From positions 1-60,338 of IMG/VR virus record IMGVR_UViG_3300000401_000002: 60,338 nt of DNA. One strand, given 5' to 3'. Each line of letters starts with the position of its first letter. The first letter of the stretch is position 1. The stretch comes from a virus. Its lineage: Duplodnaviria > Caudoviricetes. The translations under genes and the position numbers were made by a program. Under the pieces are notes generated by a model that saw only the letters and a list, made by a program, of their open reading frames with translations, searched no databases and was not told the origin of the DNA. Positions 17,701 to 29,700 of the stretch are shown in pieces.

Positions 17701-20700
17701 CGGCAACACCTACTAAACTAGGATTGTACCCGCTTTACGAACCGGTTATTTACAATGACGATACGTATCCTACTTCACCGTTAATGATACAAGGACATGA
17801 CGGTAGTATTATTAGAGCATACCAAGATTTTAGAGATGATCTAATTATTGAACTAGAGCGTAGAATTTTTAATAATATTAAAGTAGAATACAATCCAAAT
17901 GTATTAGATATTAATAATTACATTAGCGGTAATTATAGAGATACTGGGTTTTCTAGACAAGAAATCTATGCTCCTATGATTACTGATTTTGTCCAGTGGC
18001 TTACTTTAGTTGATGAAGATTACACAGAACACAAGTATTTTAATAGATTAGACTCATTTAGTTTTAACTATAAAAATATGAGAGGACCAAATGGACAAAG
18101 TTTGCCAGGTTGGTGGAGAGGCGTGTACATTAATATGTATGATACAGATCGTCCTCATACACACCCTTGGGAAATGTTAGGATTTACAATTAAACCAACT
18201 TGGTGGAATGAGCAATATGGTCCTGCACCATACACTTCTGAAAATAGATTGCTTTGGGAAGATATTGAAAAAGGAATCATCAGAGAGCCTAACAAACCAT
18301 TTGTAATTAATAAAAAATATGCAAGACCTGGCTTATATCAGTATCTTCCTGTAGATGCAGAAGGAAACTTACTAAGCCCGTCAAATGCAAACTTGCCTGT
18401 AAGTTACGACAGCACAGGAATCGACTCGTCATTTAGTTTTGGCGATAATGCTCCTGTTGAAAGTGCATGGAGAAGAAGTTCAGAGTTTCCATTTGCAATT
18501 CTAACTAGCTGGGCTATAAACAACGCATCTTCTTTACTGTCTGCTGGTTTTGACAGATCAAGACAACAGAGAAATATACTAGGACAGCTAATATACACTC
18601 CTACACAAGATCATATAACTTTGTCAGATCTTATATTCCCTAATACATCAAAAGATTCTTCTGAAGTACTTACAAGCGGATTAGTAAACTATGTTGCAGA
18701 TTATATGGCAAGTAATATTACTTCGTCATTTAAAAAGTATAATAATAGGCTCAAGAGTATTAAAAACTGTCTTGCATTTAAACTAGGCGGATTTACTGAT
18801 AAGTCTAAATTTAAACTTATACTTGATAGCAGAACTCCTTTAAACAAAGGAAATGTATTTGTACCAGAAGAAAATTACAATATTTTCCTAAACACTAGTA
18901 ATGCACTAAAACTAGTAAGCTATAGTGGTGTTATTGTTCAAAAAGAAACAAACGGATTTGTAGTTAGAGGTTATAACACAGAAGCACCTGCATTTAAATA
19001 TCATAAAGCACTTCCTACGTCAAAAGATGTCTTTGTAAACGTAGGCGGAATTAGCGAACCTTACACCGAGTGGGAACCCCTACAAACTTACATCGAAGGT
19101 AAAAATGTACAGTATCAAGGTAGCTTCTTTAAAGTAAAAGAAACACATACATCTTCGGCTAACTTTGATGCTACTAAGTATGTAAAAATTCCTCAGCTAC
19201 CGTTAACTGGCGGAGCTAATGCGTACTTTAGAGATCAGTTTGACACAAGAAACGTTGAACTACTTCCATACGGTACAGTACTACGCACAGTACAAGATGT
19301 TGTAGACTTTATGCTAGGCTATCAAAGCTATTTAGAATCTGAAGGATTTAAATTTGAATACTTTGACGGCGAAGCTGAAACTGTTTCAGATTGGAAAAAT
19401 AGTTGCAGAGAGTTTATGTTCTGGAGTACTCAGAACTGGGCACAAGGCGCTATTATAGCAATGAGTCCTGTTGCTGACGAAATTAACTTTGAAACCGAAT
19501 ACAGCATTGTTGACAATATCTTTGATAACTTCTATGGATATAGTCTATTAAAAGCAGACGGTACAAAACTTACAGACGAATTTACTAGAATCAATAGAAC
19601 AAATCCTAATAAGTTACAAGTACAGCCTAAGAGCACCTTAGACGGAGTTTATTCAGTTAAACTTCCTGTTGTACAAAAAGAACATATTATTTTAGTAGAT
19701 AATTTCAGTGTATTTGGCGATGTAATTTATCAGCCAAGTACAGGTTACAGACAAGAAAGAATTAAAGTTTTAGGTTACAGAACTTCTGACTGGGATGGAA
19801 GTTTAAACATTCCTGGATTTATTTACAATGAAGCTAAAATAACTGAATGGCAACAGTGGACAGATTATGATATCGGTGCATTAGTTAAACATAAAGAATT
19901 CTATTATAGTGCAAAAGAAAAAATATTAGGATCAGCAAACTTTGATGATTCCCAATGGACACGTTTGTCTGAAAAGCCTGAATCTTCTATGACAACAAAC
20001 TTTGAATATAAAGTAAACCAGTTTACTGATTTTTACAGTTTAGATACTGATAACTTTGACATAGAACAACAAGCACTAGCACAACATTTAATTGGCTATC
20101 AAAAGAGACAGTATCTAGAAAATATTATTAACGATGAAGTTAGTCAGTACAAGTTTTATCAAGGAATGATTCAAGACAAAGGTACTAGAAATAGTCTTGA
20201 TAAATTGTTTGATGTACTGAGCAGTGCTGATAAAGAGAGTCTTGACTTTTATGAAGAATGGGCAATTAAACAAGGTCAGTACGGTGCAAGTGAAGGCTTT
20301 GATGAAATTGAGCTTGAATTAGACGAGTCAAAATATAGAGCAGAACCTCAGCCAATACTTCTTACTAACGAAGACACTTTAGAAACTGATTTAACATATA
20401 GAATTAAAGACTTTGAAGTATTTAAAAAGCCGTCTAATTACAATAGCGACATATTGCCTAAAACTGAACTATTACCTCAATACACTAAAACTGCGGGATA
20501 TGTTCATTTAGATGATGTTTCAAAAGCACTAGGTGATTACTACGATATTTTAGACCAACCGTTTGGCAGTATTAAAGCAAATGCATATGTTTGGATTAGT
20601 ACAGAAAAACAATCATGGAATGTACTACAACATAAGAGTACTAAATGGCAAGTGTTGTCAGTGGAAGGCAACGCACAAGCAATTAGTATTGGTGCCGAAA

Positions 20701-23700
20701 ACAAAAACCAATTTGTTGTTACATTGAATAATGCACCTGACGATATAAGCAGCGGAGACGTAATTGGTCTTTACGATCTAATTGTTACAGATAGAGCAAC
20801 AGTTGACAGTACATATCCTATTTCAATACAAAGCACTGAGCCAGTTGAAGGTTTCTATAAAGTTCTAGATGTAACTTTAAACAAAGTTATTATTGAAACG
20901 ACAGATGTAATTGAAGATATACCTTCATGTGATGGATCAATAACTAAATTTATTCCAGTTAGGGTAGCTGACTACAAAGCAGCTAATCAACTTGCACAAA
21001 AAGGTATTGATAGAAATACACTTATTTGGGTAGATGAAGATGAAAATGGTTCTTGGAAAGTATTAAAGAATTCACAGGCATATAGTTTACTACAAAAAAT
21101 ACCTGCAGAAGATACAGGAGTTAACAATAATTTTGGTCAAACTCTTGCAATTGACGGCAGAAACGTTACAATGGCATTGGCTTCGCCTACTGCCGACGGC
21201 AACGGAAAAATATTCATGTATACTAGAGGTGGTAATAACCAAAACTTCCAGTTTACACAAATTATTGAACCACCTGAAAACTTGTCAGATGGCGGAATTG
21301 CATTTGGCGAAGGTGTTGCTATAAGTTCGGATGGTAAGTTTATTATTGCAGGATCTCCGGATGCATCTAATGTAAAAACTAAATTTAGAGGAAACTACGA
21401 TCCGACAGCTGATTATGAAAATGACGAAATAGTCAAATACAGTGACAGCCTATGGCAAGCTCTAGTAGATATTGAAGGTGCTAGGGCAAGTCAGCCGTTT
21501 GGCAGCTTTGGATCAATAATTGAAGTATTACAAGATAATAATATTACACAAGGTGAAATTGAGTTTAACAGTTTGTTAGTAGGAAACTATCCGTTTACTA
21601 ACCAAGATGATCCTACAGATCATATACTAGTTAGAGCACCTGCAGATGCATATGTTGCTACCGGCAAAGGAGATGAAGTTTTCTTAGATTGGTACCTAAC
21701 AACTAGTGCTAACCAAGAAGCACCAGATACTCCAAGACAACCGTTTGATGGTGCATATACTGCTATTAACGAAGAATATCTAGAAAGCGGACTTACTGTA
21801 GTTGAAAAAGTTGATGCTGTTCTTTATGTTAATAGTGTAAGTACTGTTCCTGGTTTAGATCTACAAGTAGACACAATAGGTGCAAGTGGATATGTTGCAT
21901 ACACTTATACTGATGAAGGTAGAACTACAATTTATGTAAAAGGGTCTGTAGGTAAATGGCCTGTATCAGGATCACTATTCTTAGAAACAGGAGAATTTGT
22001 AGGAGAGTTCCAGCGTGTTGCACCTGTTGAAGAAGAAGTTGACACTAGTGATGTGTTAGGTGGTTACTGGTGGTTTAACACTAACGAAGAATATACAGTT
22101 ACTAATACTATTGATGACGAAGGTAGAGCACTTGCAGTTTATAATGTTATACCTTTTGGTAAAGCAGATCCGGGTGCTGCTGGCGGAAACGTAATAGATT
22201 ATAAAAATGACGACATCTTTAGCGGAGAAAATAGTCAACATTCTTATATTAGAACATTAACATATCAAGGTTCTCCAGGTGCTTACGGAGAATTAGATCC
22301 TATTGTAAGTGACCTATTTGTAATGAGAGCACCTAAGTCTTTAACTGACAAAATTGAAATAGGTGATACTATCGGTGTTGAAGTATATAGATTGCCTAGC
22401 TACATTGACGGTTCTTTTGTAGACATTACTCCGACAGGACTTACACAGTTTACAGTAAACAAAAATCATACATTAGTTGGCCTTTGGGACGGATACATTG
22501 ATTTTGAATTAGAAAACACTGACGACTTTGGTAGACCTTATGAGCCTAGAATAGGACAGTTTGTTAGAGATAGAGTTACTGGTGCAACAGCAAAAGTTGA
22601 ATTTTATCAACGAAACGGTATTAACGCAACTATCTTTGTAAGCAACAAAGTAGGCGACTGGTCATTAGGAACTAATCACGGTGCTAGTGCAGACATTGAA
22701 TTCTTAGGTGATCCTTCAGATCCTGGCACAGTATATTCTGTAACTAGAACATTAGGCGATATTAAAGCCACTTCTCTAGGACAAGATGCTTTAGGAATTG
22801 GTAAACTTTGTGTATTCCAACTACCTGCATTTATTGAAAATGTTCCAGCAAATGATACAATTACAGATGCAGAATATGTTATCTATAAAGACTTTGAAAT
22901 TTTAGGTTTGCCTACAGATCCAAATATACCAGATCAGATTAACTTTGACTGGAGAGAAGTTTATAGAATTCCTGCAGATGGCAACGGTGCAAGCAACAAC
23001 TTGTCTAACTATGGTATGTTTACGGTGTTTGCAAGAGAAAACATTAGTACATTTACAAGTGTTGGAACGTTTGTTGTACCTGATGCAATTGAAGGTCTTG
23101 GCCTCGGCAGCAAAATTAAAATGTCAAAACGCAATGACTTGTACAAAGCATTTATAAGTTGTAGAGGAAACGGTACTTCAAGCAATCCTGGTAGAATTTA
23201 TTTTGTAAACAACGGTACAGATGAAGAAGGCGTTGAATATAACTGGGAACTTGCAAAAGACAAGAGATTCAAAGGTGAATTTGCTCCTGAAAGAAATTAC
23301 TATGTAGGAGATATTGTTTTCTTAGATGGCGAGTTCTATACAGCAAAAACTAACATCCAAGGTAACACAGCTAATCCAAATGACCCTAGTGCGCAGTTTA
23401 ACATTTTAGACTGGGATGTGTCAACTAGCGATAGTATTAGAAGTGTTGATTTCCTAGGCTACGTTCCAAACGATACTCAATATGTTGCAGGAAATGATAG
23501 CTCTCTACAAATATCTATGGATAACCTTGTAGAATTTGGACAAGAATTTGATGTAACAGATAACGGAGAAGTTTTAGTAGTAGTTGCAAGATACGACGGA
23601 GAACCAAATAGAGTAATTGTTTATAGAAATCAAAATGACAACTATCAAAAGTCTCAAGAAATTCTTGCTGATGATGTAAACAGTGAATTTGGTAATAGCA

Positions 23701-26700
23701 TTAGTATTAGCCAAGACGGAAAATTAATTGCAGTCGGTGCACCTAATGGTGATACTACTATAGAAGAATCTGGAACAATTTATATCTACAAACAAGTTAA
23801 CGGAACTTTTGAACTATCGCAGACACTAGTAAGCACTGCTCCTGTAAGAGGAGAATACTTTGGCGGCGAACTAGATTTTGACGGTAATACATTATTTGCT
23901 AGTGCATTTAATGCTAATAGCGATGATATTACAATGTTTGACGGTTATAGAGATAGATTGTATCCTGGATCAACTGTTTCGGGACAACAATATATTCTAG
24001 ATACTGATAGTGAAATTGTAGAAAGAACAACATTTGATAATGGATTTACAACATTTAAAAATGAAATTGCAAATAACGGTGTTGTTTATGTTTATGAAAG
24101 AATTAACGAAACACTAGTATTTGGACAAACGCTAGACTTTAATGATAGCAAAGCAAAATTCTTTGGTAGAAACATTACTGCTAAAGGTAATCACATTTAC
24201 ATGTCATTGCCTAAGTATGCAAACACTGACGGTAAAGAAGGACTAGTACTAGACTATAGAAGAGATATAACTAACCCTGTATGGTCAATTTATAGACAGC
24301 CTCAGATGCCAGTTGATGTTTCTAAAATTAAACGTGTAATGCTTTACGATAAAGAAAAGAATGTTGTAGTAGAAAATCTAGATTACATTGCAGTTGATCA
24401 AGGAAAAATTGCAGGCCCTGCAGATCAAGAAATTCGTTATAAAACAATGTTTGATCCGGCGATCTACAACAGCGGCACTAGTAAAAATGTAAGAATAAAT
24501 GAGTTGACTAATTGGGGAGAGCAACAAGTTGGCCAAGTTTGGTGGGATTTAAAAACTGCAAAATTCTATGACACTAAACAAGGTAACATAATTTACAAAA
24601 CTAACAACGTGAATAGACTTGCACCCGGAGCGTCAATTGATGTTTACGAGTGGGTAGAAAGTAAAGTACTGCCTGAACAGTGGGATAACATTTCTGATCA
24701 ACCAGAAGGTGAGCGTAATGGTATTACTGGTAAATCTTTATATGGTAATACAGCTTATGTTGAAAAGCGTGTTTATGACGAAATTGCACAAAACTTTAAA
24801 AAGTTATATTACTTCTGGGTTAAAGATAAAACAAATATACCAGCAGTTGAAAATAGAAGTATCAGTGTACAAACTATTAAATCATTAATAGAAGATCCGG
24901 ATGCAGCTGGCTACAGATTTGTATCTTTCTACGGCAACGGCGAAATATCAGTCCATAACTGTAAAGAATTGATAAACAATAAAGATATTGTAATGAATAT
25001 ACAATACTGGACATACAGCGAGCCTGGAAGCAATATTCATAACCAGTATCAAATTTTAACAGAAGGACTTGGCTCAAGCAAGCCTTATGCAGAGATCGAA
25101 ACTAAATGGATTGATAGTTTAGTTGGATACGATGCTCAGTCAAGACCTGTGCCTGATACTAGACTTTCACCTAAAGAAAGATATGGTATCCTAAACAAAC
25201 CACGCCAAGGATGGTTTATTAACAGAACTGAAGCACTAAAACAAGTATTCGAAAGAGTTAACAATGTTCTAATAGACAATTTAATTGAAGAAGAAAAGAA
25301 CATTACAAAACTGCTTGATAATGATCCAGCTCCAAGTCAAACTACAGGTTTGTTTGATGTTGTCGTAGATACAGAAATTGATCTAGACTTTATTGGTGTT
25401 GCTCGTGCTGCAACAGCAAGTATAACTCCTGTAGTTGAAAACGGTAAAATTGTTAGATTAACAATTGAAGACGGTGGCCGCGGCTATAGAGTTGCACCGT
25501 CGTATACAATTGAAGGTACAGGATTCGGTGCAGAGTTTGAATTTACAATTGATGAGCTAGGTAGAATTACTTCTGCAGAAGTAATTGAATCAGGAAATAA
25601 CTATTCTAGTAATACATCTATAATTGTACGTCCATTTGCTGCCCTAGTAACTGCTGACAGTCAGATTAGAGGTAAGTGGGCATTGTATAACAGAAACGAT
25701 GCAACTGGCGGTTGGCTAAGAATTAACAGCCAAGCATACGATGTAACAAAATATTGGACATATACTGACTGGTATGCAGAAGGTTATAATACATTTACAG
25801 AAATTGATCATGTTATAACTCAAAGTTATGAGTTAGAAAGCCTTGACGATAAATTTGGCGACATTGTAAAAATTCTAAATGTTGGCGGCGAAGGATGGTT
25901 GCTACTTGAAAAAATTGACAGCCAGGATACTACTGATTATACAATTAACTATAAAACTATTGGTAGACAAAACGGTACTGTACAATTTACAGAAAACTTG
26001 TATAATCTACAAGATAGCAGAGTAGGATTTGACACTCAAACATTTGATACACAGTTCTTTGATAGTCAGCCTATAGAAGAAATTAGAATTATAATGCAAG
26101 CATTAAAAGAAGATATTCTTGTAGATGATCTTGCTGACGAATATAACAAGTTGTTCTTTGCAAGTCTGCGTTATGTATTTGCAGAACAAGGTTATGTAGA
26201 CTGGGCATTTAAAACTAGTTTTGTTAAAGCAAGACACAATGTAGGTGAGCTTGAACAAAAAGTTACATTTAAAAATGATAGTCTAGAAAGTTACGAAGAT
26301 TACATTCAAGAAGTTAAACCTTATAAATCTTCTATTAGAGAATACTTGTCAACATATGATACTGTAGAAAACAGTTCTAGTATAGTTACTGACTTTGACA
26401 GTCCTCCAAAATATGATAATGTTACACAAAGCATTGAAACAAATAACATACGTCTAATTAACGGAGTACTGACAGGACAAGGCGATAGATTTGTATCTTA
26501 TCCTGAAAAGTTCTGGTTAGATAATGCTGCATATAAAGTTATTAGAATTGAAATCAGTGATGCAGGAGAAGGTTATACTTTTGCACCAACTATTGAAATT
26601 GAAGGAAATGCAAAGGCCGAAGCAAGTTTAGGACCAGGTGGAAAAATTTCTAGTGTAGTTGTTACTGATCAAGGTAGCGATTATCTTGTTACTCCAGAAA

Positions 26701-29700
26701 TTACAATTAATGGCACATTAAACGAAAACGGCAGAGAAGCTAAACTTACTGCGGTATTAGGCGAAAGTAAAGTAAGAAACATGCATACTATTATCAAATT
26801 TGATAGAGTATCTGGTAAGTTCTTTATTACACAGCTGAACGAAGAAGAAACATTTACTGCTAACGGTTCGCAGACTGAGTATGTATTAAAATGGCCAATG
26901 GACATGAGAACCACTGCTGTTGAAGTCCTTGTTAATGGCGAACTAGTATTGAATAGCGAATACGATTATGAAAATATTTACGATCCTAATACTTTACTGT
27001 ACTATGGTAAAATTAGTTTTGTAGATCCGCCTAACAATGGATTATCAGTACAAGTTAACTATAAAAAGTCTATTAATTTACTACAAGCACAGGACAGAAT
27101 TAACTTGTTCTACGATCCAACAAGTGGACAAATTGGTAAAGATGTTGCACAATTAATGGACGGCGTTGACTACGGCGGTGTTGAAGTTAAAAGTTTTGAG
27201 TTTGGATCACCTCCAGGTTGGGATACAGGTAACTGGTACGATGGACAATGGGACGTTTACGATGATACGTTTGAAGAAGAAGTATTCGAAACTGACGGAT
27301 CGACCCTAGTATTCAATCTTTCTAAACCATTAGAAAGCGGTGTCAAGTACAACGTATACATTAACGGTATTAGAGTAGATGACGAAGCATGGGACGGAAC
27401 ATCTAGCGTAGATAACAAAAATGCTTTCTTAGAAACTCTAGTAGGTGACGGTGTTACTGATACATTTACTATTGAAAACGAAAACGGTTACAGAACATTC
27501 TTAGAAAATAATACAGATGGTGCTGACAATCCTCCGTCACAAGTTATTAAAATTATTAAATCTACATCAGACGGATCGAGACTAATTGATTCTGAGAGTT
27601 ATGATACTGATATTAGCGGCGGCGACCTAGCATATACTACTGCTAAAGGTATTAATGCTGATGAAATTAATATTGACGGTGATGGGTTTGTTACAGAAAC
27701 AACTTCTAAAGGACCAGAAGAAGTTGTTCCGGGACAACTATTAGATACTCTAGATATTACAGTTTACGAAAGACCAGTTGGCGGAAGTAGTTTAATACAA
27801 ACTACACAGTTTACTGGCAATGGTACAACTAAAACATATAATCTAAGACAACGTCCTTACAGTTTTGAAAGTGTTATTGTAAAAATCAATGGTTCTATTG
27901 TTAGTGGCACAGACTATAAAATAGATTACAACACTAATGAAATTACTTTCTATGCTGCACCAAGTGTAGGAGATAATATCGTTATAATCAGTATGGGTGT
28001 TAGCGGTAATAATATACTCGACTATGACGAGTTTACTACAGACGGTAGTACACAGGAGTTTTTAACTAATGTAAACTACACCGAAACTGCTCATGCATAT
28101 GTAACTGTTAATGGTGAAGAAATTCCATTTGAATTACTAGAGTCTGATGATACATATGCAGAATCTGGCAGATGCGTTATTAGATTTGTAACTGCACCGA
28201 TTGCTGATAAATTGATACAATTTGCAATATTTGATAGTGCAATTGAATCCTTTAGTAAAGTTTCTATTGAAGAAATTGAAGCAGACGGTAGCACTATTGC
28301 ATATACTTTAAATAGAGTTCCTCTACAGCAAGATCCAGTTGCGTACCATACTATTGTTATGGTAGACAACAAAGTATTAAATGCAGGATACAGTGAACAA
28401 TTTACAGTTGCAGATGGTCAGACACAGTTTAGATTAAAAGTGTGGCAAGTTCCTGTAGGAACTGTAGAAGGTCGAGAAATTGAAGTATTCCTAAATGGAA
28501 GAAAATTAGAATTCTTACAAGAATGGACTTATGAAGGTGCTGGATCATTTAACCCGGCAATTACTCCAGATGCTCAGCCAGGAAGTACTGTTATCCTAAA
28601 CAGAGGTGTTGCAGTAGAAGGCGATGAGTTAAAAGTACACATTATTACAAGTGGTGAATATAGATTTGGTTACTACGATTCTAATAATGAATGGGTAGAT
28701 ACTTCCGGTGGCGATAGTACTCCAGCGGTACTATACTTTGACGAAGCACCTGCAGAAAATTCAACTATTAGAGTGTATCAGTTTACAAATCATGACAGTC
28801 AAGGAATTGACAGACAAAATTATGATGTTATTGAGCGTACAGAAATGACAGTAGGCTCTGAAGGCTATGTAGAATATAGACTATTAACAAATGGTATGAT
28901 AACTCTAAGACAAGAAGCACTTGGTGTCGATTATGTTTGGGTTAATCTAAACGGAAGATGGCTAACACCAACTGCTGATTATGTTCTATTAGAAAACAGA
29001 AAAACAATCAAGTTTGTTACTCCGTTGTATGAGAACGATGTTATTGATATTTTACACTTCTCGAACCCGCCAGTAAGTGTTAAATTTGGTTGGAGACAGT
29101 TTAAAGACATTCTCAATAGAAATGTTTATAAACGTCTTGATAGAGATGGATACTACGAACTAGCAGAACCATTAAACTGGTATGATAGAACAATTACACT
29201 GGTTGAAAAAGAAAATGGAAACTTACCTGAACCATCAACTAATCGTCCAGGTATTGTGTTTATTAATAAAGAGCGTATCGAATATCTACGTAAAGAAGGC
29301 AATGTTCTAAAACAACTACGTCGAGGTACTGCTGGAACAGGTATTCCTGAAGTGCATCCTGTAGGATCTGAACTTGTAAACCAAAGCATTGATACTACTT
29401 TGCCTTATAAAGATTCAGAAGAGCAAGTTGTTGTATTTGCTGGAAACTATGTTGATTTAACAACAAAGTATGATACTGATCCTTCAATTACATTTGACGG
29501 CATTGCTTATAACTTTAACAACAATACTGTATTTCCTCTAGGAGGACAAGTTGCAACAGTAAATGGCAGTGGCTTTAGACCTACAGTAAAAGCGTTAATG
29601 CAAGACGAAAATGGTAATGTACAAGAACTACAAACAACATATGTAAGCGAAACACAGTTTACATTTACTACAGTTGCTATGCCAGTTGGCGCATACGACT